Assembly: GCA_029717555.1 (NCBI GenBank)
Contig: JAMDHS010000029.1
Span: 124,001 to 188,000, forward strand
Direction: 5' to 3'
Length of the DNA: 64,000 nucleotides
From: Peribolospora baueri
Lineage: Eukaryota
Numbering within the stretch: the first letter of the stretch is position 1; each line of letters begins with the position of its first letter. A program made the translations under genes and the position numbers. This document shows, piece by piece, positions 1-12,368 of the stretch. The notes below the pieces were generated by a model. The model saw only the letters and a list, made by a program, of their open reading frames with translations, made no database searches and was not told the DNA's origin.

Positions 1-3000
1 AATTGACGGTCGCATGACTGGTATCAATGAGGAGCGAGCGTATATCAGGTCATGCTCATGTATGTGCTTGTCTTTCCCTCCTTCCACACGCTGGTTTATT
101 ATGCAGGCCATTCAAACTCACGTCAATCGATGTCTGGACGGAGTACGACCCAGGCAGCCAACGTCCTCGCTGCCACCTGATGATGAACCTGCACCGGCGT
201 CGGATCCTTCTGCTTCTCATCGATGCGCGCCGTTGGCGCCTTCCTCCAACGGTCCGGCGATTGCGTCTCGTAAGCTCACTCGAATGGCTGTTATGCCCAA
301 TTTCCTAGCCTGGCCGTCATCTCAAGGAGCTATGCCTTCTGTTTCCAATGACCGGGCCAACGCATCGTCGCTGCCGTTGAAAGTCGAGCCACGGCGTGGT
401 CCTTCGTCCCCGTCTCTCGATGGGCTCCCTTCGGGCAACGGCAACGCCGCCTCCAAACGTCCAATTGGTCGCCCAGACGCCTTTTCCCTCCTTATGTCTT
501 CCCACATTGAAGACAAGGCCTGGGCGGAGAGCGACCAAATTGAATCGGACCGGCGGTCTGGAAAGGGACCGAGGATCACTACCAACAATCCCGGCAAACC
601 TGCGCCGTTTTACAAAATTTTGCAGGGCATGCCGCTCGCTGTAGATGCGTTCCGGTTTGGAAGGATCGAGGGCATTAAAGGATATTTCCTGACGTAAGCT
701 TCAGCGTTTCGTTCTCTTTCTTACCAGCGAGGACATGAGGAGGGCCGATAATGGCTGACGTATCTTTCGCCTTGGGCGCGCCCTTGTCGCGGATCGCAGG
801 CATTTCCATTCCGATCATTTCGGAGGGCTTACCTCTGCCTGGACTGCTGGGCCGATTTACTGTTCCGAGGTGAGCGCTGACGTAGTTACTCTCACTTCTC
901 TGCCGGCTTGTAAGACCGTTCGTGTTGATCTTCCATTGCTGCTACATCGCGCCCCGCAGACAACCGCCAACCTTGTACGCCTTTCCCTCCGTGTACCGGA
1001 GCACTACATTCATCCTCTGCCAATGGAGACGCCGGTGATGATACAAGGCGTGGAGGTGACGCTGATAGAGGCCAATCACTGTCCTGGCTCGGTTATCTTC
1101 CTCTTTGAGGGCCCGCAAACGATCAATATTGGACCTGGGTTTGCCAGCCCGCACGTGGGCACTGGGAGAGTATTCCGGTATTTGCATTGTGGCGACTTCA
1201 GAGCGAGGTAGGCGGTGGTTTTTATTTGTGCTTGTTCGATTCTGCAAAGGCGGCTGACCATGCACGTAAACATGGTCACAGCCCACAGCACGTCAACCAC
1301 CCAGCAGTGAGACGGAAGAAACTTGACATCATCTATCTCGAGTGCGTCGTCCTGGCCTCTTCAATGCGATACAGTGACAGATCGGGCTCACTAGTTTGAC
1401 GGGTTTCGGTGTCCAGCACCACCTATCTTAACCCCCGATACTGCTTTCCAGCACAAGATCAAGTCGTGCAGGCATGTGCGGACCTCGTCCTTCACCGGAT
1501 CGCGACAAGTTCAGTGGACTTTGTCTCGGGGGGTCACATCAAACCCGATCTTTCGAAGTTCTCTTTCACCTTCCACACGCGAGCCGTTTCTTCTTCCGCT
1601 GCCCAAGCCAATCCTTTGAGTCCTGATGCGAATTCAGGCAAGACAGACGCGGAGGAGAGCAAGGAAGAAGTAGAGGTTTTCTTGCAAGGCATGCAAGGCG
1701 ATAGCCGCCAAGGTGCCACCCTTAAGGGCTGGCTCAGACGTGGGGCTGCCGAGCCGGACACCGAACGTGTATCGACGGCGGACATGCAGACGGAGGCGGA
1801 AGATCTAGTCGACGTCCGCGTGAAGGAAGGGCGAGCAGACGATTGCTCTCCTACGGAGACTCCCAGCTTCGACGACCTCGACGTCAGCATGCCGGAGGAG
1901 GCGGCAGAGCCTTATGCAGAAGATATGGAGGAGGAGCTTGGGGGATTTGAAGAGGAGGAAGATCCTATCCGGCCGGAGGACAAAACTGAGGCACTAGTTG
2001 ATAGGAATGTCAAAGCGGAGTCTGAGTTGGATGAGTTTGATGGTGGTCTACCTCAAGCGCGTCATGGCGACATGGACATCAAGGATGGTAATCTGGACGG
2101 TGATGGAAGCAAGAATGTCGAGCCCGATGGTGAAGCAGTCAAGGACGACAAACCAGCACTGACTCTGGACGGGAAGGGAGGGCTGGGCGCCACGGGCAGA
2201 TCAAAGCGGGGAAGGCTGCTGGTCGTAATCGGCACATACACCATCGGCAAGGAGAAGATTGTCAAAGGCGAGTCTTGTGGTGCAATTGCTAAGGTTGATA
2301 TGAATCGAACGCTTCAGCTGATCGTCCTTCCTCTCCTTTGGGGCTCGGCGTGGAAGCAGCCGTGGCCAAGGCGCTGGGAAGCAAAATATATTGCGGAGAT
2401 TCGCGGAAGCACCGAGTTAGCTTCAATGATGTCACCTTCTTGAGCTGGAAACCCTTCTTTTCATCTTAGCCTGACTGTCTCCTGCGACACTTGTGTTTTC
2501 GACAGATATACGAACAACTGCACGATGCCGAGTTGCATGCCTTGCTCACTCGCGACAAAGCTCTCGCCTCGGTGCATGTTGCAGGCCTACACTCTGTGAC
2601 GAGGGAGCCTTTGACGGACTACCTCTCGTCTCTCCGCTCGTATGGCTTTACCCACGTCGTAGGCTTTCGCCCCACAGGCTGGACATACAGACCACCTACG
2701 GGGACGGAGCAGATGGCGACCGTGCAGCAGGTCGTCCAGCGCGACTCGAGAAGGACATTCGGCATGTCCGACCTTTACCCCACCAGGGATAGCACGCTTG
2801 AGTGCATGATCTACGGAGTGCCCTATTCAGAACATTCGAGCTTCTTTGAGCTCAGTTGCTTCGCGCTCAGTCTCGAGTATGACCGGATCATCGCCACGGT
2901 GAGTGTGCGAATGGAATGGGCAGGAGGGCGCTGCCTCGGTGCGCTCGTCAACCCAACTTCTAGCTGGCTGAAGTGGTTCTTCGACTTATTTTTGCGCTTC

Positions 3001-3152
3001 TTCCCATCGTCCTTAACCAGGTCAACGTACACTCACCGGCTTCACGGGCCAAGATGACAAAGTGGTTCGAGAAGTGGGCTCAGGAGAAGAAGCGGAGGGA
3101 GAGGGCGGGCGAGCCGAAGATGGTGCCTGCGCGGGCAGCGACGTTCTGGTGA
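1..3152 (+). CDS. PSO2: DNA cross-link repair nuclease PSO2/SNM1 (metallo-beta-lactamase/beta-CASP), multi-exon, probably 5'-partial
   Basis: Spliced exons give VDAFRFG...YFLT|HFHSDHFGGL, EANHCPGSVIFLF, YLHCGDFRA, TTYLNPRYCFP, GTYTIGKEKI, GFRPTGW, YGVPYSEHSSFFEL and IIATVNV, ending ATFW* (TGA 3150-3152). IQTHVNRCLD near 110-140 looks like the C-terminal half of a UBZ zinc finger, so the start probably lies upstream of the window. Confidence 0.92.
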
Positions 3153-3676
3153 ACGGGGGGAGGGACTTGTTTGCTTCGTATTCCATTGCCGACCACTTGC
3201 TTTTTTTTTTTTCGCTCGCCCGAGATTTTACTTGTTCCGCATATGTATTGTATCTGTAGACATGACGAGGGAGGGCAAGAGAAGAGGGGTGTGTCCAAGT
3301 GCCATACTGGTGTGAATTCGAGCGGAGATGGCTTGGCTGTTTGCGTCCAAAGGGCCGACGATGTGCTCGCCCTCTTGGGCCACATTCTCGCAGGCTGCCC
3401 CTGCCGTTGCGACGCTCATCATCGAAGCGAGGTCATGCCGGCAAGACCAGCATCCGTCGGGGGTGAGGGAGGGCCTATGGCCGCAGTCGCCCCCCCGCCG
3501 CAGCTCGAGGCAGGGCAGAAATCGGCCAGACGGAGTTGGGTGGAGGAGTTGGGCTGTGTCTACCATCTCCATCGCCTCGCCCTGTGATTGCACTTTCAGT
3601 CGACACCCATTTCGTCCCATCCACGACGCTCTTCGTGCGTCCAATCTTGCGGGTTTCAGCAAAACGGCTGGTCGAG

Positions 3677-3694
3677 ACGCGCCTCTGAACGCGT
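3677..3694. promoter_or_regulatory. MCB-like elements (ACGCG at 3677-3681, ACGCGT at 3689-3694) just upstream of the APSES gene ATG
   Basis: Direct motif match. ACGCGT is the MluI cell-cycle box bound by MBF. Confidence 0.4.
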
Positions 3695-3719
3695 CGCTCG
3701 GTCAGTGCCGCGCTCCACA

Positions 3720-6183
3720 ATGTCCGGCGCGTCGTCGGCCCAGATTTACAAGGTGAGCCAACCTTGATGAGGTCGCCTCGCCTCTCCTTCCCTCTGTCTG
3801 CTGTCAACATGTTCACCCGCTCCGGCCTCGCTGTATGTCTTCTCTCCTTATGCAGGCCACCTACTCCGGTGTGCCCGTGTACGAAATGCTGTGCAGGAGT
3901 GAGTTCGTCCCAATCCTGCCGCGGATCCAAATTCGGCCCTCGCGAGACCGTCCTCGACGGGCGCGCGCTGGACCGGCGAGTCGACGCAGCGCCCGCTAAC
4001 CTATCTTCTCTTTCCACTCGTTCAGGTGTGGCTGTGATGCGACGGCGCTCGGACGGGTGGTTGAACGCAACGCAGATCCTTAAGGTCGTCGGCCTCGACA
4101 AGCCCCAGCGGACGCGCGTACTAGAGAGGGAGGTGCAGAAAGGCACGCACGAAAAGGTGCAAGGAGGGTATGGAAAATACCAGGGTGAGTCAAAAGCTGT
4201 TCTCTCTCGAATGGTAGTCTCGCTCGCGACGGCGTTGGCAATCAGGCCGCTGAGTCCTTCTAGTGGCCCCCGTCTCGCGCTTCCGCCTTAGGCACATGGG
4301 TTCCTCTCGAGCGTGGCGTCGAGCTGGCTACGCAGTACAATATCCAGCACTTGTTGGAGCCGATCACGTCGTATGTGCCAACAGATCAGTCGCCTCCTCC
4401 CGCCCCAAAGCATGTCGTTGCCGCTCCCATCCGTGCCAAAAAGGTCCTTGACTCGCCGGCCCCCTTGGCGCGGGGTTTGGCCCATGGCCACTTTGAGACG
4501 GACTCGGAGATGTCGCCAGGCGTTCGGCCTCCTGAGAGCGATGGTTCCATGAGCCCCACGCCATCCGATCTTTCATCCACCTCACGGACACCCAGTCCGA
4601 TCGTAGCCACAGAAGGGGTGCCGGAGTACTTTGATGAGCACGACCCGTCGCGACGGCAGGGTTACGCAGGTCGACCGGGCTATGACGGCTACGGAGCGCC
4701 GAGCGAGGGGCCTTCTCGGTACGCGGACATCATCCTGGACTACTTCATCTCCGAGTCGACCCAGATTCCGCAGTTGCTCATCAACCCGCCTCCGGACTTT
4801 GATGCGAACATGAGCGTGGATGACGACGAGCACACGGCGCTGCATTGGGCGTGTGCCATGGGCCGTGTGCGCGTCGTGAAGCTTCTCCTCACCGCCGGCG
4901 CAGACATCTTTCGGGTGAACCAAGCGGGCCAGACGGCGCTCATGCGGTCGGTCATGTTCGCCAACAACTACGATCTGCGGAAATTCCCGGAGCTTTTCGA
5001 GCTGTTGCATCGTTCGGTGCTCAACATCGACCGCAACGATCGTACCGTCTTCCACCACGTCGTGGATCTTGCGCTGAGCAAGGGCAAGACGCACGCAGCG
5101 CGATATTACATGGAGACGATGATCGCTCGTCTGGCCGAGTTTGGGAACCAGCTGAGCGACATTTTGAATTTTCAAGACGACGAGAACGAGACGCCGCTGA
5201 CGATGGCGGCGCGGGCGAGGAGCAAGCGGCTGGTGCGGATCTTGCTCGAACATGGCGCGGATCCGAAGATCAAGAACAAGGACGGCAAGAGTGCAGAGGA
5301 CTACATTGTGGAGGACGAGCGATTCCGGGCGAGCCCGCCGGCGACGAATGGGGCGAATGGAGCGTCGGGGATGGCGGCGGCGGCGCAGCAACAGGCGGCG
5401 GCGCGTCTTCACCACAGCGAGTCGGGCCAGCGCGCGGCGGGGCGGTGCGTGACGCTGATGACGGAGCTGCTGCACTCGCTCGCGACAAGCTTCGACACGG
5501 AGCTGGCGACGACGGAGCGGAACCTGTTCCAGGCGTCTTCGCTCCTCGTCAACATCCAGGCAGAGATTGCGGAGAGCCAGCGGGTGGTGGAGGGACTGAA
5601 GGACAAGGCGCAGGATGTGGACGGTGTGAAAGGGCGGATCGAGGTTTTGGAGGGCGAGTTGAAGAAGCGGTTGGGGAAGCGATGGAGGGAGGAGGGGGAG
5701 AAGGACGTGGAGGAGAAGGAGAGAGAGGTGAAGCGGTATCGGGCAGAGAAGGGGATGGCGGAGGGAGAGCTGCTGCTCAAGGAGGAGCGTCCTGCGGACG
5801 TGGTGGCCAAGGGCGGCGGCGGTTCCTCGGCGGCGGCTCTGCTCACTTCGCCGGCATCGGGCGATCTGGCGAAGTCGATCGCGGAACTGCGGGCGCAAGT
5901 CGCGGAGCTTCGGTCGAAGCGGTCGGAGCTGTTCGACCAGTTTGTGGAGCGGGCGAGGGAGCAGGGGACGGGGAAAGAGATGGCCGCCTACCGACGTTTG
6001 ATCGGCGCCGGGTGTGGAGGACTGGGCGCGGAGGAGGTGGACGGCGTGGTGAACGTGCTGTGCGAGATGCTCGAGGACGGCGGCGGGGGGCCCGATCCGA
6101 CGGCTGCGGCCGCCGTCGCTGGGTCTGAGGGAGAGAAGGAGAAGGAGAAGGAAGGCCAGCAGGGAGGCGGCTCGGCGGCGTGA
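3720..6183 (+). CDS. MBP1: MBF/SBF G1/S transcription factor (APSES/KilA-N + ankyrin repeats + coiled coil), Mbp1/Swi4/Res-like
   Basis: [22 protein letters not shown]...[20 protein letters not shown]...[21 protein letters not shown], then ankyrin repeats [19 protein letters not shown] and [10 protein letters not shown]. Three GT-AG introns. Confidence 0.92.
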
Positions 6184-6677
6184 GCGACGGGCGTGCATTC
6201 GTTCGTTCGCGCCTGGGTACGATCGCGAGTCGTCCGTCGGGCGGGGCCGTGTGTACTGTTTCGTCTTTCTTTCCCTTGCTGTGCGTGTCTTTCCTCTCTC
6301 TTTCTGTTTCTCTCTCGCTCTCCCTGTCTCTCTCTCTCTCTCTAGTTATCTGAGCGAGCGTCCGCATGTTTTCATTCGTCACGTGTATTCCTGCTACCGT
6401 TTTTACCGTTTGCCGATGAGCGATGAGGCCCAAAAGCGCTGGCTGGCTCGACTGGACGGGTGTGGACGAGGTCGAAGAGAAAGATGGAGACGACGCGGGT
6501 CGCTTGCATCCTTTTCCTGGGGAGGAACGCCGGCCGTTGTCGGCGGTCCGATATATCGTCTTGGCGGGTTATTACGGAACGGACATGAAGCTTGGGTCGG
6601 ATTCTACGCAAATTCCGAGCAATGGCTCGAATCGCAGAGTCAGCACAGCCGTTGTTCCACATTACTTCACACCGAGC

Positions 6678-7723
6678 TGTCACAGTTCCTTTGTCAGCCC
6701 ATGATGGATCAGGCCAACCAAGCTATGAGACATGTCCTTGCTGTTTTACTCGTATATAAATACCTGTACTTGCTCGCATCTTGTAACTAGGATCCCTAGT
6801 CGCGGGGCGATTCAGTCAATTATCTTAGGGGCGTCGAGCCCGCTCCTGCTCCCTCGCGGGGGCCGTCGTCCCCCTCGCCGCCCACTTGCTGTCGTTGCCC
6901 TCAAGGCAAGGCGACGGTGAACTTGGATGTTGGTATCATCATCGTAGTTGAAGAAACAATAGGAGTCCTCACATACGGACCAGCTCAACCATACCAACCT
7001 GGGCGACGTTACCAACGTCCTCTCTGCGCGCAGTTGGAGAATCTCTTGATGTTACAAAGACGTGGTCCGCTACTTCCTCATGGGTATCAACATGCGCTAC
7101 CACGAAACCCGTGCTCGTTCTTAGGGGTCGTTGGACGCGATTGGTCGTCGAATACGTCGCTCGAGCGTCGCTTTCGGTGGTCGACATCTTGTCCTTGGTT
7201 CTTACTTGGTCCGGGCGCGGTTAAACGACTTGACGCTGGGGTCCTAACCTAGACAACGATCGAGAGTCCAAGACGTCGACACCGGTCGCGTCGACGTCAG
7301 TTGTCACACCTCAGCCGGACCGACAGTTGAGCTCCGTGACGGACGAGAAGAGGGAGAAGGAGATTGAGAAGGATGAGGCGAAAGCCAACCTGCTTGTGAG
7401 AAACAACATTCATGAGACTCCGAAGAAGTCAAAACTTTCTGCACCGTCACTGGCCCCGCTGCCTCCGAGAACGGTTTGGCGCAGTTCCTGGACGTTGGCT
7501 AACGTCACCTAGGTTGGTATGTATGGTTGAGCTGGTCCGTAAGACGGTTGAATGCGTGGTTGGTGATAGCATAACTTCACGGGTAACTGATGATCCGGCT
7601 TGGTTAGAACACGTAGGATTATCCTATTCAGTCGATTATCCTATCTTAGTCTTTTCAGTCCATTGTTCTATCTAGTTCTTCTAATCAAATCTAATCTCAT
7701 CTGGTTCCAACCACCCTGTGACA
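6678..7723 (+). mobile_element. LTR-like non-coding element with 8-bp terminal inverted repeats (TGTCACAG...CTGTGACA) and a highly self-complementary interior
   Basis: TG...CA ends with a perfect 8-bp TIR, a TATATAAA box near 6753, and a pyrimidine/AT-rich 3' end. Composition differs from the flanks and there is no credible ORF. No target-site duplication found (CGAGC vs TTCAT). Confidence 0.5.
6974..7541. repeat. Long imperfect inverted repeat (arms 6974-7020 and 7490-7541)
   Basis: TACGGACCAGCTCAACCATAC (6974-6994) is the exact reverse complement of 7521-7541. Pairing continues inward through ATACCAACCTGGGCGACGTTACCAACGTCC with GGACGTTGGCTAACGTCACCTAGGTTGGTAT. Confidence 0.9.
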
Positions 7724-8585
7724 TTCATCCGTGACAATTAGACGAGCAGCGCAGTGCAGTGCAAGCGCAGTTCAGTGGCCGCTCCGTCGTCGTTTCTTTT
7801 ATTTCCCACGCCCTCGTCTTTTTTATTTTCCATTTCTTCCTCCGCCTCCGATCCCCATCTCGGCCGGCCGTTGGTTGATGCCCGCCCGGCATGTCGTCCC
7901 CCTCGCCAATGCCGGGAGTGGTCCGTGCGTGCCGCCCGCGACGTCGCCTCGTCCTCGCACTCACTTCCCTCGCTGCGCATCCGTCCCTCCAATGGCCGAT
8001 GCCGGTCCGCCGAGGGCAAAGCGCTTTTTATATCTTTTTTATATCTGCTCCTGCGTCCCGAGTCGCTCACACACGCAGCATATGGCCTCCTTTGTCCGCT
8101 CACTCGCAGCACATGGCTCACAGAACTTACATATTTGTCCCACCGCCGGCGACTGAGTCGGACGAGCGGTTGCTCAGCGACGGCGACAGCGGCAGCATCA
8201 TCAACGCCAACACCACCTCCAACATCAACACCAACACCAACAACACCTCCTCCCTCCGCTCGCGACCCATCCGTCGTCCCGAGTCCGCCTGCGCTCGTGT
8301 CGCAACCTCGCGCCCTGCCCTCCTCACCCTCCTTTTCTTTCTTCTGCCCTTCCCTCACCTTTGACCCTTGACCTTTGACCCTCCTTCCTCCCCTGCATCC
8401 TCCACCATCCCAGGTGCAGGCGCAGGTGAGCCTTGCTTGCTCCGTCCACGCACGCTCAACGGCCACACCGCCGCCGCACTCCCCGCTCATCGCCCCGTTG
8501 CCATGGCCCGCTCCCAACGAACAGGACACCCTTCCTCCTACCACAGCACCACCTCATCTCCTCCTCCGCAACACCAGCCGCGGCC

Positions 8586-10906
8586 ATGAGCTTGCCCATG
8601 AGCCCCTTCCACGCTGCCGTCCCCGCCCGCGGCTACACAAACGTCCCCGCCGCCTCTTCCTCCAGCGTCAACCTCGCCGGACGCGGAGCCCAGGCTGGAG
8701 GAGCCCAGCGGCAGCCCTACGGCACCACCGGATATGATCAGTCTTACTCTGGAGGCCAACAACAGCCTTATGGCGCTGGCCCTGGCCCTGGCTACGGTCA
8801 GTCTTACTCAGACTATCCCGCGTCTGTCTACCAGCAGCGCTACACCGACGACGTTGGCGGCGACGACCACGGCGCCGATGGCCCCGCTCAACCGGCCACC
8901 ACCTACACGGACGCCAGCGCCGCGGGCCAGACCTCCGCGTGGCTCGATCAGAGCGCTGAGGAACGCAGCAAGGCCAAGCGCGGTGTCATCATCGGCGCCG
9001 CCATCCTCCTCGCCCTCATCGTCGCAGGCGTTGTCATCGGCGTCGTCGTCGCCAAGCACCGCTCCAGCTCCAGCTCGAAAGGATCGCCAACATCCTCGTC
9101 CGGAGGCTCCACCGCCGGCTTCGTCAAGATCCCCGGTACCGCTGGCGTCGTGCTCGCCGATCCCAACGACCCCAGCAAGTTCCAGCTCGGTGCGTTCGGC
9201 GGTCGGACGTGGACCTACTGAGGGATGTATGCTGATCGCCCTTCCTGTTCTTCTACAGATCCACGGTTCCATAGCTCGTTCTACGGCTTCGCATACACGC
9301 CTTACAACGTCCAATACCCGACCTGCGGAGGCGTCCAAGCAAACGTGACCGAGGACATCCAGCTGCTCTCTCAGCTCACCACAAGGATCCGCATGTATGG
9401 CGCCGACTGCAACCAGACGTCCATGGTCCTTCAGGCTCTTCAAGATACCAAGGCCAACATGACCGTCTGGTTGGCTATCTACCTCGACTCCGATCAGTCT
9501 GTCTATACCAGGCAAGTCGGTGAGATTGAAACCGCTCTCAAGGCCTATGGGACGGATCACGTCAGCGGCATCACCGTCGGCAACGAGTGAGTCCGTGTCC
9601 GTCCACTCGACCCTATTCGGCCCTTGTCTTCGCCCTCACACACTCCTAACGTCCCCCCTTCAAAGGTTCCTCCTCGACGGCGGCTCGGTCACAGACCTGC
9701 TGAACTACGTCCAAGAGTTCAACACCACCTACAAGTCTTGGGGCCTCGACAAGGTCATGCCGATCGGCACGGCTGACGCAGGCGCTAACATTACCACCGA
9801 CGTCGCTCAGGGCGTTGACTATGTGATGGCTAACGGTGCGTTTGGGAGAAGATGCGGGGCAGGATCTTTCTCAGAGAGGCTCACCCGCCCACCCACCCGC
9901 CGCGATGCCCGTTCGTTGCATCCTCCCAGTCCACCCTTGGTTCGCCGGTACGACGGTACAGGACGCGGCCGGCTGGACGTGGCAGTTTTTCCAGGTTCGC
10001 CCTCGCCCCTCCCTTCCCTTCCCTTCCTCTTTCGGATATCCACTTTTTCACTCACCGTTCGGTTCACTCCCCGTTCACAAATCGACAGGACTTTGACGTC
10101 AACGCCGCCAACGCGGCGACGAACCAGCCCCCTGCGTACATTGCCGAGAGTGAGCCAGCCTGAGCCTTGTCGTTTCTCCGTCGCGCTTCGGCCGTACGCC
10201 TCTTCGTTCCTTTTTTCGCTCACTCCCCCACCTTTACCCAGCCGGTTGGCCAACCTCGGCAAACGACACAAAGGACATGACCTACGAAGGCGCCGTCGCC
10301 GGTCCTCAAAACTTGCAAATCTTTCTCGACACGTTCGTTTGTCAAGCCAACCAGAACAATACCAAGTGCGCTTTCGTTTTCGTCCTTCATCCGATCGGTA
10401 ACGGAAGAGCGGACGACGGACCGGGGACGAATGACAAGTCCTCACGCCTCCCTCCTCCTCCTTTCTTCCACAGCTACTTTTTCTTCGAGGCCTTCGACGA
10501 GCCTTGGAAGGTAAGTTTTTTTTTTTCCGGACGGATGGGAAAACACGCGCCGATGGGTGGGTGGGGTGACTACTGACTGACTAAATTCCACTCGTCTGTG
10601 TGTGTGCGCGTGCGCGTGCGTGTGTGAACTACCGCAGGAAATATACGGCGGCGTGGTGAGCCCGCGCCTCCGTTCACGCTTTCCCGCCCCTCGTCGTCGT
10701 CGTCGTCGTCGCTGACTCGTACGTCCCTCCTCCACCTCCGTCGTGCCTGCTTGCCCCCTACTTCCTCTCCCCGCCGTCCCTTCTTCCCATCCCGCCGCTC
10801 CCCCCGCCGCCTGCCGCGGTACCCGGTGCCGCAGGAGCCGTACTGGGGACTGATGGATTTCAACAAAGTCCTCAAGAACGTCACCTTGCCTAGCTGCCCG
10901 TCCTGA
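8586..10906 (+). CDS. Membrane-anchored glycoside hydrolase family 17 beta-1,3-glucanase/glucanosyltransferase (BtgC/Bgl2-like)
   Basis: Cytosolic N-terminus and a TM helix (GVIIGAAILLALIVAGVVIGVVVA), then FYGFAYTP, IRMYGADC, GITVGNE, VMAN|VHPWF, IAE|GWPT, YFFFEAFDEPWK and EPYWGL, ending SCPS*. Confidence 0.9.
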
Positions 10907-11167
10907 TCGTGATTGTGATCGTTCGCGGCGGACGGTGGGGGCGGTCGTTGTTGTTGTTGTTGTTGGACCTCTTCGTCGACGTTCGTTGGCGGAGACGGAT
11001 CCGGATCGAGATCGAGGTGTGAACGGCAACGGCGAGATGTACAGTATGGACTCAAGTAGCCAGCCACACGGACATGGGTCATGGACATTGACATGGACAA
11101 TTCCCATATTTCGAGTTTTTTTATCCGCAAATCAACATCGTATCGTCCGTCCGTCCGACGGCGATCC

Positions 11168-12368
11168 TTAGTGTCCTTCTCCTCTGCCAAAGATGGTGGC
11201 GAAGAGGATGACGAGGACGATCTGCAAAAGTACGATCAGCGCACGGTCCGTCAGTGCCCAGAAAGGAAAGAGAGGGTGGAACTAAAGAGGAAGAAAACGG
11301 TGCTCACCACGACACAAGTGGACCCTACCGCCAGGACCTTGGCATTCCTCCACCACATCTTTCGCCTCATCGCCACGGCTCTGCGTCGGAAGGCCTGGCT
11401 CTGCGACGACATTTGGTCGGTGCGGTCTACGAGAAGCTCGATGCGTTCGCCGCGCGACAGGATGGCCTCCACGTTGTGCACCATAATGTCCTGAAGCGAA
11501 CAGGGTGGGAGGACGTGGAGAAGGGCCCAAGGCATACCAGTCAAGCCGTAAGTTCACGGACAAACGAGGCTCATCTTTCACTAGAGCAACTCACCTTGAC
11601 GTTGGCGAGATCCGACTGGGCCTGCTTGACCGGGTCATTCGGCGGGGAAGTGTTGAACTGGTCCTGTGAGGTAAGTGCCACGCATGGAGAGCAAAGTCAA
11701 TGTGGAGAGAGAGAGAAGAGAAGCACGGCGCCATGTCTCAGTTGTCAGCTAACTGGCCAAAGGCTCGACTCGTCCTTGATGACTCACAATGAGAGCGTGG
11801 ATGTCTTTGGAGAACTCGTTAAGTCCATAGGCTAGAGCGTCCGCTATTTGATTAGAATTGTACTTGTTTGTGAACTGTGGCGAAGGGATGGGCGAATCCA
11901 GAAGCATCAGCCGGAGCAAGGAAGGGTCACCGGAGATCGAATCGCGGCGAATAAGACCGAACAGGGCCAACCGAAACCCACCTGTTTCCGCATCTCGCCA
12001 AGGAAAGCAAATGGCACCCTCCTTCCCGCAGAGTAGTCTGCGACGGTCAGGTAGACAATGCCATTGTCGGAGACGTAGTGGAAGAGCCAGGACTCGAACA
12101 CGTAGGAGAGCTTGGAACTGTTAGGAGGGATTCGGGAGAGGATCGTCTCCGCGGCTACATGGCCCAGGAGATAGAAGGTGACGGCGACGCTAGGTGAGAA
12201 CAAGCTTGAAAGGCTGGCAGGAAAGCACGAGATGCTTCCTCTCATTCTCTCCCCTCCCCCCCCTATCAGCCGGGTCGGCTCACCCTGGAGAAAATTAGTC
12301 TTTGTGCTCTCATGACTCTCGGCCAGAATGACGGAACCTCGTGCAACGAGGCCGAGGATGATTGACAT
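11168..12368 (-). CDS. VAMP7: Longin R-SNARE, VAMP7/synaptobrevin-like
   Basis: Longin domain (MSIILGLVARGSVILAE, ETILSRIPPNSSKLSY, GRRVPFAFL), SNARE motif DIMVHNVEAILSRGERIELLVDRTDQM...RRKMWWRN, and a C-terminal TM ending GEGH*. Confidence 0.9.

Noticed and set aside
4582..6198. 538-aa minus-strand ORF and 427-aa alternate-frame ORF over MBP1
   Set aside because: Shadow ORFs caused by high GC3 in the real gene; no domain signal. The same applies to most overlapping ORFs in the track.
7239..7253. CCTAACCTA as a telomerase template within the structured element
   Set aside because: It does not match TTAGGG, can pair in a local hairpin, and the element has LTR-like ends.
7371..7600. Hammerhead or hairpin ribozyme cores (GATGAGGCGAAAGCC about 7372, GAGAAACA/AGAAGTCAA about 7398-7432, CTGATGA 7587)
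   Set aside because: The conserved segments are incomplete or in the wrong order, so no full ribozyme can be assembled by eye. A covariance-model search is needed.
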